Below the pieces are notes generated by a model that did not search any database, had not been told where the DNA came from, and was given only the letters and a program-made list of their open reading frames with translations. Positions 39,959 to 49,860 of a DNA stretch of 64,000 bases are shown here, piece after piece. The DNA is from an uncultured virus (IMG/VR IMGVR_UViG_3300042549_007806) (Duplodnaviria > Heunggongvirae > Uroviricota > Caudoviricetes). The stretch lies in the IMG/VR virus record IMGVR_UViG_3300042549_007806, one strand, 5' to 3'. The translations under genes and the position numbers were made by a program. Numbering within the stretch: position 1 is the stretch's first letter; every line of letters starts with the position of its first letter.

Positions 39959-40666
39959 TTATTTTAAATAATCGGTCAATCTTTTCATTAAGTCAACAGA
40001 TTTCTCTAAACCACTACCTGAAAAATTACTTTTATCATGTTCGGCAAGTTTTTCTTCATACTTTGGTCGGTCTTCCTTGTTTAAGTAAAGGTAAGCTCCT
40101 GGCGTTGACGGTGAAGAAACAAGATCAAAACAAATTAATTCAAAATCATCCTGTACTTCATTTTGCTCACCTTTTTTTACCAAAGAACCAACACCACGAG
40201 AAGATACACCCATAGTAACACCCTGTCTCATCATGTTTGCTGCAACATCTCCTTTGGATGACACTATACCTCTTTCGTGAAAACCTGGAGTGGTTAATAA
40301 TTTAATCTTACCCATTAAAACATTGTTTTCCCACCATATGTCAGTAATAAGATGTGATACTCTATCTAAGTCAATTAATGAAGACTCAGGATGGTTTAAT
40401 TCAGAAATCGACATCCCTTTATTAATAAGTTCTTTATACTTATCAGCCTCTCTTCTTAATATGTTTTCAGGATAAACCCTACCGTTTCTGTTAGGTACTC
40501 CGTGTTTTTGTAATGTCGCATAGAACACAAAAGGTTTTGAGTGTTCTAACTGTCCGTAAGATTCTTTTATTATATCGGTATTTCTCTCATCATTTGGATT
40601 GATGAATCCAGCATCCCATTCTACAAGTATTCCTTTACCACTATCATTCGGTCCTAAAATTTTCAT
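39959..40666 (-). CDS. Prohead protease, T4 gp21-like
   Basis: NRNGRVYP, ELNHP, RVSH, GVSSRGVGS, DLVSSPS. Confidence 0.92.
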   Translation of the reverse strand: MKILGPNDSGKGILVEWDAGFINPNDERNTDIIKESYGQLEHSKPFVFYATLQKHGVPNRNGRVYPENILRREADKYKELINKGMSISELNHPESSLIDLDRVSHLITDIWWENNVLMGKIKLLTTPGFHERGIVSSKGDVAANMMRQGVTMGVSSRGVGSLVKKGEQNEVQDDFELICFDLVSSPSTPGAYLYLNKEDRPKYEEKLAEHDKSNFSGSGLEKSVDLMKRLTDYLK

Positions 40667-40689
40667 AATCTATTTTTAATAAATAAATA

Positions 40690-41139
40690 TTAGGAAATAA
40701 CCATTTCTGGATTTTTTGTTTTATTAAGTGTAAAAAACTTACAATTTTTTAAATCGTCAGTGTATATTGCAGTTAATAGTGTTTTGATTTTATTTCTTAA
40801 AATAAGTGATTTGAATTCTACAAATTTATTATGAATGAAAAGTGTAATCTCTAAATTTAAAAAACTCTTTTTACCTTTTTGTATCCCACTTGTTCTCAAG
40901 TCTAAGTCGACTATTTGTTTCTTTTCGAAGAATGTGAAGTCTAATACTTCTAATAATGTGTGTTGTATTTGTCTTTTAATATGACCTGTTATTTTTTCCC
41001 AATTATCATAATCATCTGATGGTTGGATCCATGTCTGTAGTACTATGTATATGGATTTCATTTCTTTTGAATCTACCGTACCATAGTAACATTTAGCATC
41101 ATCAAAAACATTTAATTTCGATGTTTTTCCTTTTTTCAT
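40690..41139 (-). CDS. Hypothetical protein
   Basis: 149 aa with its own consensus promoter. Confidence 0.55.
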   Translation of the reverse strand: MKKGKTSKLNVFDDAKCYYGTVDSKEMKSIYIVLQTWIQPSDDYDNWEKITGHIKRQIQHTLLEVLDFTFFEKKQIVDLDLRTSGIQKGKKSFLNLEITLFIHNKFVEFKSLILRNKIKTLLTAIYTDDLKNCKFFTLNKTKNPEMVIS

Positions 41140-41170
41140 TCTTCATAACTTAAAGTTTATTTGTTTTATA

Positions 41171-41202
41171 CAATTATAATAAAAATAAACATCGTTGTCA
41201 AA
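41171..41202 (-). promoter_or_regulatory. Consensus early promoter
   Basis: Minus strand (T)TTGACA-N17-TATAAT(TG). Confidence 0.7.
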
Positions 41203-41218
41203 AATCGAAAAATCTTGT

Positions 41219-41238
41219 ATATTTATATCAAAAGGAGG
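41219..41238 (+). promoter_or_regulatory. Late motif and strong Shine-Dalgarno of the bS21 gene
   Basis: ATATTTATA at 41219-41227; AAAGGAGG at 41231-41238, 8 nt before ATG. Confidence 0.75.
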
Positions 41239-41246
41239 AAAAAAAT

Positions 41247-41429
41247 ATGATTATAGTACCAGTAAAAAACCCTAACTCTATTGAGCAAGCACTTAAACAA
41301 TATAAATTTAAAGTGTATAAAACAAAACAAATCGAAAGGTTGAGGGAATTACAGGAGTTTACGAAACCTTCAGTTTCAAAAAGAGACCAGAAGAAAAAGG
41401 CAGCTTATTTACAAAAAAAGAATAACTAG
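41247..41429 (+). CDS. rpsU: Ribosomal protein bS21, phage-encoded, Bacteroidia-type
   Basis: IEQALKQYKFK...LRELQEFTKPSVSKR..KKKAAY, 60 aa. Confidence 0.88.
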   Translation: MIIVPVKNPNSIEQALKQYKFKVYKTKQIERLRELQEFTKPSVSKRDQKKKAAYLQKKNN

Positions 41430-41666
41430 TTATTTGTTGTCACCTTTTTTGTGTGTAAAGAAATCGACTGAAGTCAAACCTAAACACCCAAAGGCCAACA
41501 GACCTACAGCATCCACCAAAGTTGATGATGGTTCGTATTTTCCACAACTAAACATAGATATAAATAATCCTACAATTAGGGATAATCCACAAAGAAGACC
41601 AATAAACCTTTTAGAGGAAATCCCCCCATTTGCCCCTTCCATCATTGATTTAAAAAACCTAATCAT
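41430..41666 (-). CDS. Small two-helix membrane protein, holin-like
   Basis: ISSKRFIG followed by two hydrophobic segments and a charged C-terminus. Confidence 0.5.
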   Translation of the reverse strand: MIRFFKSMMEGANGGISSKRFIGLLCGLSLIVGLFISMFSCGKYEPSSTLVDAVGLLAFGCLGLTSVDFFTHKKGDNK

Positions 41667-42394
41667 AATCCTTGACTTAAACCCCTCAACTTATAAAGAT
41701 TGAATCTATCATAAGGTGATTCATTAATTTTTTTGATTGTATTTTCTATTGTTGATTTTAAATCAGATTCTGTCGATTCGTTCAAAGTAGATTTCAAATT
41801 AGAAATAACATTTTCTTTAAGTTGGTCCATTTCGGTTTTGATTTCTTCATCCGACATAGATGACAACTCCTCTATAACTTTTCTTTCTGATTCTGAAATA
41901 TTTTTTAATTCCAATTTAATATTTTCTTCAGCAACCTTAACCATTGTTGAAATTGGTAAGTTAACGCTTTCTATTATATCTTCTTTCTTTTCTTCTAAAA
42001 TAATATTAGACTTAATTTTTCTTTTAGATTCTAAAACCGTGGATAGGTCTTTGATTGATTTCTTATATATCGTATTATCAATATCCTTGTATTCATTAGT
42101 ATGTTCCAATACAATAGAATCAATCCAATTACTTACCTTTGTAATATGTTTTGAATTACCTTCAACTAAAATTTGAGAATACTCAACAGTTTCATTTATG
42201 TAATCTTCGGCGATAGATTCATTAATACCCTTGTTAGAAGATAAATCATCGTAGATATAATATAACTCAGCAATGTCTTTGTTTTCTAAAACCATTGATT
42301 TAAATTGTTTCAAAAAAGATTTAAATTCAGGTTTTCCGTATAAACCGATAGATGCTTTTTCTATTTTTGTTTTTATAGTGCCAAAAGTGTTCAT
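41663..42394 (-). CDS. Hypothetical head-module protein
   Basis: 243 aa helical, downstream of portal, late motif at 42407-42414. Confidence 0.55.
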   Translation of the reverse strand: MNTFGTIKTKIEKASIGLYGKPEFKSFLKQFKSMVLENKDIAELYYIYDDLSSNKGINESIAEDYINETVEYSQILVEGNSKHITKVSNWIDSIVLEHTNEYKDIDNTIYKKSIKDLSTVLESKRKIKSNIILEEKKEDIIESVNLPISTMVKVAEENIKLELKNISESERKVIEELSSMSDEEIKTEMDQLKENVISNLKSTLNESTESDLKSTIENTIKKINESPYDRFNLYKLRGLSQGL

Positions 42395-42413
42395 AGTTTT
42401 TATTTAATAAATA

Positions 42414-44234
42414 TTACTTATTCAATAAAGATTTAACTCTTTCATCTATTTCAATCAACGAGTTTCTTCCTTTAGATAATTCTATAACATCTGCAGAATT
42501 AAATAATGACAAATCTTCCAATATTAAATCTAATCCATCTTTATTAAAACTTTCAGGTGTTACCCCTCCAGGTTCAGGTGATGGTGAGCCTTCAGGTGGT
42601 GGTGGGGCTCCTCCGCCTAAATCTCCACCTCCCATATCCATATCACCTCCTTCAGGTGCCGCACCTCCTTCAGGTGTTGCTTCACCATCTTTTTTACCGT
42701 AAAGTTGGTCTATAGTATCAAAAAGTCCGGTTTTAGGTATACTCTCAGCAGTTTTTACAAGTTCTGCAGCCACTGCCCTTTCTACCCTTTGTTGTTGTAT
42801 ATCTAATCTTATTTCTTCATCTGAGAACCCTAAGATATGTTTTTTAGCCCAAGACGCTGAAACAGGGGCTACTGTGTCTGCGATAGGTGTAACTGCATCT
42901 TTATACAGAAGTATTTTTTCCTTCCATAGTTCGATTGAAAGTAATTCAGATTGTTTAGATGGATTGTGTAAACCTAATGTGAAGTTTGTTAATTCGTCTT
43001 CAAAACCTAATAAAAAAAGATGAATAATTGCAATTTTATTTAATTCTGCAATCATAGACTTTTGAATTCTATTGATAGTTCTCGCAAAACGAATATCTAA
43101 TAATGATAAATTTTTACCATCACCTACCGCCTCTTCGAATCCTAAATAAGCCTTAGGTATTCTAAGAGCTGTAACTAATTTCTTTTGAATATACTCAATG
43201 TCTGCGATTTCAGCTAAGTTCGTACCACCTGGTAATGTTTCAATAGGGTTGGTTGCTGCCGGATCACGAACAGGAATGAAATAATCTTGGTCTACCGCCA
43301 TTTGATTATACCTCATATCGACATTACCTGTTGAGTGATCAACAATTTGATCTCTTTTAAATTTATTAGCAACTCTTTGTACATATGGGTCAACATCTTT
43401 GTCGTCCATGTTACCGACAAATACTTTAAATACTCTTCTTTCAGGTGCTCTAGATACACGATAGATTAACATCGCATCTTCAGAAAGTAATAATTGTTTC
43501 CAAATTCTACGAGCCTTTTCGAGCATCGATGTACCATACGGTAGTTTTCTATCGTCACCTAAAATTCTAAAGTGTGCTACTTCCCAAGTATTGAACTCCA
43601 TGTTTTTTTCCTTCCAAGTAAACTTCAAAGCGTCGTTTTCCATTTCTTGTGAGTACTTATCAGGTTGAAACCTCATCCCTTTTTCTAATCTTTCGATTTG
43701 AATGTTTGGTAGTTGTTGACATCCAACAATACCATTTTCAGGATCTAACTTAAGATATACAAAGTTGTCACCAAACTTACATGTGTTTCTTGTCCACATT
43801 GGTAAGTTGGTGTTAATATCCAATTTATTAACAAAAAGATCGATTAATACTGATTTTATTCTTTTTGATTCAGAATAAACTTTTAATATAAGTCCATCTT
43901 GATCTGGTGTTGTGGATTCTTCAGAATAAATGTCTAATGCCGCAGAAATTTCAGGTGTATATTCCATAGATTCATAATCATAGTATGACGCCATTCTTGT
44001 TGGTTCATAATATACCGCTTGTTGGTATAAATTATTTTCTACTTTTTGCCATTGTTGGCCGATATACATTGTCTGCTGAGATTGTAATTTTTCTTTTTCA
44101 AACTCAGATTTATCTGTTGTCTTTAATAGCTCCTTTTTATCAAATTTGAATACGGGAGATTGTTGGTCAAGGGTTGCATTAGGACCAAAAGTCCTACTCA
44201 ATCTTTGCCACACCGTTAATTTTTGTTCTGACAT
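42414..44234 (-). CDS. Portal protein, T4 gp20-like
   Basis: PEISAALDIY, EDAMLIYRVSRAPERRVF, DYFIPVR, IETLPGG, ALRIPKAYL. Confidence 0.93.
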   Translation of the reverse strand: MSEQKLTVWQRLSRTFGPNATLDQQSPVFKFDKKELLKTTDKSEFEKEKLQSQQTMYIGQQWQKVENNLYQQAVYYEPTRMASYYDYESMEYTPEISAALDIYSEESTTPDQDGLILKVYSESKRIKSVLIDLFVNKLDINTNLPMWTRNTCKFGDNFVYLKLDPENGIVGCQQLPNIQIERLEKGMRFQPDKYSQEMENDALKFTWKEKNMEFNTWEVAHFRILGDDRKLPYGTSMLEKARRIWKQLLLSEDAMLIYRVSRAPERRVFKVFVGNMDDKDVDPYVQRVANKFKRDQIVDHSTGNVDMRYNQMAVDQDYFIPVRDPAATNPIETLPGGTNLAEIADIEYIQKKLVTALRIPKAYLGFEEAVGDGKNLSLLDIRFARTINRIQKSMIAELNKIAIIHLFLLGFEDELTNFTLGLHNPSKQSELLSIELWKEKILLYKDAVTPIADTVAPVSASWAKKHILGFSDEEIRLDIQQQRVERAVAAELVKTAESIPKTGLFDTIDQLYGKKDGEATPEGGAAPEGGDMDMGGGDLGGGAPPPPEGSPSPEPGGVTPESFNKDGLDLILEDLSLFNSADVIELSKGRNSLIEIDERVKSLLNK

Positions 44235-44271
44235 AATTTTTTTCTTAAAAAATAATATGGTTAGTTATAAA

Positions 44272-46047
44272 CTAAACCCTTTTACCACTGAATAACCATA
44301 AATACTTTTCATAATCACTTTTAGTGACCGTGTTTCTCTGATATCCTGTTTGATCTCTCTGTGATACTGGTAAACTTGGATTAAAACTTGTATACTCTTT
44401 ATGATAAGTATTACTTTCTACTGACCAAGAATCTAACATTGCCTTTGTTTGTTCTGTTACTTTTTCTAATTGGGCAAAAGATGTTTCAGCAACATAAATT
44501 GCTATTGCAAATGACATTATCAAGTCATCATGTTGTCCTTTTTGGTGATCAGGTCTACCGTTTACATAAACGAATGTATTCAATTCATTAAATAACCTTT
44601 GTGATCTGACAACAAAATCATACCTTAAAGCTTCCTCAAATGATTGAATAATTAGAACTCGTTTTGCGTTAAAATTAATACCAGGAATTTTATCATTAGC
44701 CTTTGGGTCCCACTTCCATTTATCTGCAGGGTTTACCCCATCAACATATAAATTTTTATATCCAAGTTCTTGTAATTTTCTTGATGTTGACACTCCCATC
44801 CCTCCTGTTATATCAGTCACGATAAGGGAACCATACATAGTTCCCCACTTGAAAGCAATTTCTGCTAAAACATCGGGTGGGATTTTTCCAATATATTCTA
44901 AAACTTGTTCTCTTGAGTCAAAATCAATGATTGATATAGTACTAAAATCTTCACTATCTCCTCTTGATACATCGACACCCATAATATATTTATGACCAAC
45001 AATAGGTTCTTTCCATTGCCAAAGTGCACCTCCCATAAATTTATTAACAGGTTCTTGGATGTGGTTTTCTTTTATTTTTTTCATCGTTTCAGGTGGGATA
45101 ACATTGTCACCCGAACCTAAAAAATTACATTCTAATTCTTGAGAAATTTTTCTTTTGTCAAACTTTAACTTTTTGGCCATAGCCTCAAACCAAGAACTAT
45201 ACGGTTTGTAACCTTTATTAATTTTTTCCTTTATTTCTTCAAAGTCTCTATTAATTACTTTGACTTCAGTATAGTCTAGTATGATTTCAGAATCATTATA
45301 ATCCGCCCTATTCAACATATAGTGAACAATATCATCACACTTAATTAATTTCAGATCCTTAGAATATCTAGGATCTCGAAACCAATACATTTCTGTTATT
45401 TTAAAGTCATTCATTCCTTTTATCGCCTGACTGTAAATTGAATAATATATTGGATCAAATCCATTTGGTGTTGATATTACTATAACTTTACCTCCTGTAG
45501 ATAGGGATGCCATACACGCTGACCAGAAATCTTCGTCCGCATTAATATATGCTGCCTCATCAAAGATTAAGATCGTAGGTGTATACCCACGCAAAGCATC
45601 CTTAGATGTTGCAACTGCCTTTACTTCACATCCGTTAGTTAATTTAAAATGTCTTTGTGAATTTTTTTCGTTAGAGAATGTTACACCTAACCAATTTGGC
45701 CACTGTTCAACAAAAGCTCTCACTTTATTTGCCATCTCTACAGCGGTGTCCATTTTATTTGCAATAATCAATATTTTTTCTGGTTTTGATTTTTTAGCAA
45801 ATACTAACCTTTTAGATGCCCATGCGGATGTAACGGTTGAAACACCGGCTTGTCGGTATTTAAGTGCGATATTTTCTTCACACTCGTCATAATCTTTAAC
45901 AAGTGTAACCTGATCATTAAAAAGTTCTAATGGAACATATTTGGACTGTGTGTTGTCGTAAGTTTGTAAATATGTTTTTAAGGCGTAAGGTGTATCATTT
46001 ACACACTTAGCATACTCTAATAATATTTGTTCTTTCGATAACGACAT
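44272..46047 (-). CDS. terL: Terminase large subunit, T4 gp17-like
   Basis: KYRQAGVST, LIFDEAA, ISTPNG, QELECNFLG, GVDVSRG, HDDLIMS. Confidence 0.93.
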   Translation of the reverse strand: MSLSKEQILLEYAKCVNDTPYALKTYLQTYDNTQSKYVPLELFNDQVTLVKDYDECEENIALKYRQAGVSTVTSAWASKRLVFAKKSKPEKILIIANKMDTAVEMANKVRAFVEQWPNWLGVTFSNEKNSQRHFKLTNGCEVKAVATSKDALRGYTPTILIFDEAAYINADEDFWSACMASLSTGGKVIVISTPNGFDPIYYSIYSQAIKGMNDFKITEMYWFRDPRYSKDLKLIKCDDIVHYMLNRADYNDSEIILDYTEVKVINRDFEEIKEKINKGYKPYSSWFEAMAKKLKFDKRKISQELECNFLGSGDNVIPPETMKKIKENHIQEPVNKFMGGALWQWKEPIVGHKYIMGVDVSRGDSEDFSTISIIDFDSREQVLEYIGKIPPDVLAEIAFKWGTMYGSLIVTDITGGMGVSTSRKLQELGYKNLYVDGVNPADKWKWDPKANDKIPGINFNAKRVLIIQSFEEALRYDFVVRSQRLFNELNTFVYVNGRPDHQKGQHDDLIMSFAIAIYVAETSFAQLEKVTEQTKAMLDSWSVESNTYHKEYTSFNPSLPVSQRDQTGYQRNTVTKSDYEKYLWLFSGKRV

Positions 46048-46053
46048 TCATTT

Positions 46054-46563
46054 TTAATTTCTTCTACGAATTACATCGAGAAGTTCACCTTTTGTGGTAT
46101 GTGGAGGTAAATGATTTTGTAATATTCTAAGAATACCCTCTTCAAGATTTTTAACTTCTTCGTCCGTTTCTTTTTTCTTGGGTAACCCTTTTCTTTTAGT
46201 CGATGCAAAGTCTTCTAATTCTTTGTAAGTCATGTCTTTAGCCATTTTCTTTACTTCTTTAGAAACTTTAGATTTTGCAGTATCTCCTTTTTTCACTGAA
46301 AGTGCCAATCCCATTATTTTTTGTTGTTGTTGGGAAACTGACTTCTCCTTTACTTCAGTCTCCTCTTCTTTAACCTCAACATCAACACCTGAGTCTGTCA
46401 TTTTTTTAAGATCGACAGTCCCCAACTTATCTGAAGAAACTGTTACCTTACCTTTTTGCTCATTTATTCTTTTAAAAAGAACATTTAACTGGTTTTCGTT
46501 TAGTTTTTCTAATGTATTCATAGAAAAACCTTCATGTAAAAGTTTAACTAATTTAGGATTCAT
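46054..46563 (-). CDS. DUF3008-like domain protein
   Basis: SVSQQQQKIMGLAL..KKG...ELEDFASTKRKGLP resembles DUF3008 (from memory). Confidence 0.55.
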   Translation of the reverse strand: MNPKLVKLLHEGFSMNTLEKLNENQLNVLFKRINEQKGKVTVSSDKLGTVDLKKMTDSGVDVEVKEEETEVKEKSVSQQQQKIMGLALSVKKGDTAKSKVSKEVKKMAKDMTYKELEDFASTKRKGLPKKKETDEEVKNLEEGILRILQNHLPPHTTKGELLDVIRRRN

Positions 46564-46972
46564 GTGTTTCATCTTTGACTAAATTTTTTTCCCATTTTAA
46601 TACGACATCTCTTTCGTAAAGTTTGTTTTCTACAGATTCGTCTGTTTCACCAAAGTGAAAAACTAATCTTTTATACTTGTTGAATGTAACTGAGTCAGAA
46701 TCAGATTTTTCCCAAGCTAACCCAATAACACCATCTACTGCATCATATACTCCAAAATAATCAGACTGTTGTATCAGTTCTAATTCTATTTCTGAGTTTC
46801 TTAAAACCCCAACCTTTTTTATAAATTCTATTTGAGGGGGGAGTGGTTTTCCACCTGATGGTGTTGCATCCCAATCTTCACCCCACACATCATTAATATC
46901 CGAAAATATAAATTCGTAAATGTTATCACCTTTGTAATTAGGTCCTAGCTCATTTACATAAATCAAATTCAT
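46553..46972 (-). CDS. Hypothetical protein
   Basis: 139 aa, operon-packed. Confidence 0.55.
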   Translation of the reverse strand: MNLIYVNELGPNYKGDNIYEFIFSDINDVWGEDWDATPSGGKPLPPQIEFIKKVGVLRNSEIELELIQQSDYFGVYDAVDGVIGLAWEKSDSDSVTFNKYKRLVFHFGETDESVENKLYERDVVLKWEKNLVKDETHES

Positions 46973-48261
46973 ATAATCGATCCTGTTGGTGTTACTTTAA
47001 TTTGTTTACCTTCTTTAATAAAAACTAAGTTGGACTTATTGGTTTTACCAATGAATTTGGTTCCTTTATTTTCCTCTATCAATTCCAAACTAACTTTGTA
47101 TTGAGTGTTGTTTTCACTTAATTTTCTCAAATCCCTCAATGTATCTATTTTATTAATTTTAGATTTTATAAAATCTTTTTTTGATTTTTTTTCTAAACCT
47201 TTTTTTTCATCTTCATTAATAATAAAATAGTTTGATAAAACACTTTCTACAGATTCTTTGAAAGTGTATGTTTCTACAGGTTCAGACATTTCAGGTTCCA
47301 TTCCCATCGGCTCTTCGCCGTCCATCGGTTCTGGCATTTCAGGTTCCATTCCCATATCGAAGTCTTCTTCTCCTGACAAGTCAAACTCACCCTCACCTTC
47401 AGCACCATATTCATCAGATTCGTCGAATTTAGAAAGTATATCTTCTTTATCGTCTTCATCTAAACTATCTAAATCCATTGCAGATATTATAGAATTAATT
47501 ACATACTTAATATCTTGAGAATCTAGTCCTTGATCTTTATCAAAAGCTCTAATTTTTTGACTTAATTTACCTGTTAGTCTTTGAATTGATTTCAAACCTG
47601 CTGGTCCTTGTGGTTCTTCGTCACCATCGTCTTCTCCACCCATTTCAGGTTCCATACCCATTGGCTCTTCACCATCTACGGGTTCTTCTCCACCCATTTC
47701 CGGTTCCATACCCATTGGTTCTTCTCCACCCATTTCAGGTTCCATACCCATTGGTTCTTCTCCACCCATTTCAGATCCCATAGGAGCATCCGCTGGTGGT
47801 TCAGGTGATGGGGAAGGCATTGGTGCCGGTTCCATTGCAGGTTCCGGTGCTGGCATTTCTTCAGATTTAGGTTTAGGAGTTCTTAAAACATATTTTTTTT
47901 TTGCCTCTTGTTCACCAATAAGAGGAATTTCAAATTCGTTTCCAGTTACCCTGTTGACTTCGGCAGCGACAAGATTAAGTTTTTTCATCGCTTCAGAATA
48001 TGATCTATAATATTTCCTTTGTTTCATAGGTTCGTTATAGTCCATTTCAGACTCGTTCAAACCTTTTTTGAGGATGTATCCTGTTTTTTCTTTAACAATA
48101 CCATAAGTCATACCATCAGCCAAAGTAATAGTATAGTTAGTTGTGGAAAGTGGATTAGTTTCAGTTTTAGGTGCTTCGTTATAACGAGCAATCTCCATAA
48201 TTCTTCTTAATTTTTCAACACCTTCTAATTTCTCACTACCAAGAGGTCTTAAATCTCCCAT
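46969..48261 (-). CDS. Acidic low-complexity protein, probable prohead core/internal protein
   Basis: 430 aa with EPMGMEPEMGGE repeats. Confidence 0.55.
   Translation of the reverse strand: MGDLRPLGSEKLEGVEKLRRIMEIARYNEAPKTETNPLSTTNYTITLADGMTYGIVKEKTGYILKKGLNESEMDYNEPMKQRKYYRSYSEAMKKLNLVAAEVNRVTGNEFEIPLIGEQEAKKKYVLRTPKPKSEEMPAPEPAMEPAPMPSPSPEPPADAPMGSEMGGEEPMGMEPEMGGEEPMGMEPEMGGEEPVDGEEPMGMEPEMGGEDDGDEEPQGPAGLKSIQRLTGKLSQKIRAFDKDQGLDSQDIKYVINSIISAMDLDSLDEDDKEDILSKFDESDEYGAEGEGEFDLSGEEDFDMGMEPEMPEPMDGEEPMGMEPEMSEPVETYTFKESVESVLSNYFIINEDEKKGLEKKSKKDFIKSKINKIDTLRDLRKLSENNTQYKVSLELIEENKGTKFIGKTNKSNLVFIKEGKQIKVTPTGSII
47631..47774 (-). repeat. Imperfect 36-bp in-frame tandem repeat
   Basis: cttctccacccatttcaggttccatacccattgg units encoding EMGGEEPMGMEP; related copy near 47290-47355. 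Confidence 0.85.
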
Positions 48262-48275
48262 TTTTATATTTGTTT

Positions 48276-48476
48276 TTAATTGTTTAGTCCATTAAATCCG
48301 CCCAAGGCAACTCCATTACATTGTAAAGAAACAACACTCGCCTCATTTTTAACCGTATCGTTCCATACAGGTTTCGGAGTATTGAAAGTCACAATAGTAC
48401 CTACTGTAGTTCCAGAAGCCGGAAGATAACCAACTACGGTAGTAGTATAATAAGATGTACATGCAGTTGTAGACAT
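48276..48476 (-). CDS. Small Thr-rich late protein
   Basis: 66 aa; late motif at 48491-48498. Confidence 0.5.
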   Translation of the reverse strand: MSTTACTSYYTTTVVGYLPASGTTVGTIVTFNTPKPVWNDTVKNEASVVSLQCNGVALGGFNGLNN

Positions 48477-48521
48477 AGTAATTTTTCTATATAAATATAT
48501 TGTTAATTGGTAATTTTTACA

Positions 48522-49295
48522 TTATTCAGATTTTTCTTGCTCTAAGGACAATTTTTTATCCGATAATGTATTTTTGAAATCTTCTAATTTGGATAAGTAC
48601 CCATTTCTTCTTAGGTATTTAAACACTAAATTCTCATAAGAAAATTCACCCTCTTTTTTAAGTCCGCAAGTTCTATACTTCCTCAACTTTTCTCGATATT
48701 TCTTCAAAAGATTCAAACCATCCTCCAAACTTTCATCTTCGGCATTTTCTATTACACCGTCAATTATTGTTTCCCATTGATCAACCTTGTCCTTTAAGAC
48801 CTTTTCATCTATTGAAAATTCTTCTTTGTTGGGGTACCTTACCCACCTGTCACTTAAGATAGAGTAGGACCCCGCACTCTCTTCGGGGTCAGTAGATGCT
48901 TGGGCATAAACCTCTACTTCATATCCTTTTATTTTGATATCGTGTTTTGCGTTGAATACAGTTTTTTTAAGTCTAAAAAGTTCTTTGTATAATTCAACAT
49001 CTCCATCTAATTTATCTATGTTGTAAATGATGTGTAAGTCGAAATCAGAAAATTCCGACCAATTATATCCTGTTAATGATCCGATTAAGACTACATCTTC
49101 AACATATAAATCAACATCCAAATAATCTATAAAAATATTTGCGATTTTTAATAAACGATCTCTGATTTCAGATTTAAGTTTTTCTTCTTGTCCCTCAGAA
49201 TCTCCCATGTATTTTTCTTTTGGGAAATACCAAATTTTTGGGTTTAACTCATTTTGTAGGTATAAACTATCAATAATTTTTTTATCGGATGCCAT
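48522..49295 (-). CDS. Pol-beta superfamily nucleotidyltransferase
   Basis: LIGSLTGYNWSEFSDFDLHI (GS + DxD) and EVEVY third carboxylate. Confidence 0.7.
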   Translation of the reverse strand: MASDKKIIDSLYLQNELNPKIWYFPKEKYMGDSEGQEEKLKSEIRDRLLKIANIFIDYLDVDLYVEDVVLIGSLTGYNWSEFSDFDLHIIYNIDKLDGDVELYKELFRLKKTVFNAKHDIKIKGYEVEVYAQASTDPEESAGSYSILSDRWVRYPNKEEFSIDEKVLKDKVDQWETIIDGVIENAEDESLEDGLNLLKKYREKLRKYRTCGLKKEGEFSYENLVFKYLRRNGYLSKLEDFKNTLSDKKLSLEQEKSE

Positions 49296-49316
49296 ACATA
49301 TAAATATGATAAAAAA

Positions 49317-49565
49317 TTAATTATCTAATTTTTTATATTTGAATGTTCTTGATATTTGAGAATTGAAAAATTTTCCTTGGGATTCTGACAATCTAAATTG
49401 AGCAAAGATGTTGTGCGGAACATCTTCATATTCATATCTTAAACCGTTTTTAAATGTAGTTATTAACTTTTTTGATTCTGTATCATACTCGGTTTTTACC
49501 AAGTTAGAAGATTCGATTTCACAAACAATTCTTGTGCCTTCTATGTCAGTTCTTTTTATTGCCAT
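49317..49565 (-). CDS. KTSC-domain protein
   Basis: ESSNL...YD...L.TTFKNG.RYEYEDVP.....F..SESQGKFFNSQI. Confidence 0.85.
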   Translation of the reverse strand: MAIKRTDIEGTRIVCEIESSNLVKTEYDTESKKLITTFKNGLRYEYEDVPHNIFAQFRLSESQGKFFNSQISRTFKYKKLDN

Positions 49566-49860
49566 CTGGTTCTCTTAATGGGGTTATGTCATCTATATGA
49601 CTAAGTTTATCCATAATATAATAATGAACTTCGTCTCTGTCAACATCAAAACCATAATCCTTAATTGTTTGAAAAATCTCACGCATTTTTGGTTGGAATT
49701 CGGAGTGCAATTTTAATAAGTCTTGGGGGAAGTATCTTGGACTTGCCAACTCTTCTTGTGTCCACCCTTCTCTTTGAAATATTTTTCTCATGTCAAAATA
49801 ATTCTGTTCTAAATCTTTTGTCAATTCCAAAGTATCCACGAATTTTCTCCAAGCTTTCAT
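49546..49860 (-). CDS. Hypothetical protein
   Basis: 104 aa; TATTTAT 4 nt before ATG. Confidence 0.55.
   Translation of the reverse strand: MKAWRKFVDTLELTKDLEQNYFDMRKIFQREGWTQEELASPRYFPQDLLKLHSEFQPKMREIFQTIKDYGFDVDRDEVHYYIMDKLSHIDDITPLREPDGNKKN

Noticed and set aside
45836..45862. Terminase Walker A reading RQAGVST instead of GKT as inactivation
   Set aside because: All other ATPase and nuclease motifs are intact and the upstream Lys in LKYRQ could substitute; treated as a family variant
1860..46047. Inteins, introns or homing endonucleases in polB, terL or portal
   Set aside because: Lengths and motif spacing look ordinary; no splice-junction, LAGLIDADG or HNH motifs noticed
38922..47774. 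36-bp repeats as a CRISPR array
   Set aside because: They are in-frame coding tandem repeats without unique spacers; no cas genes seen
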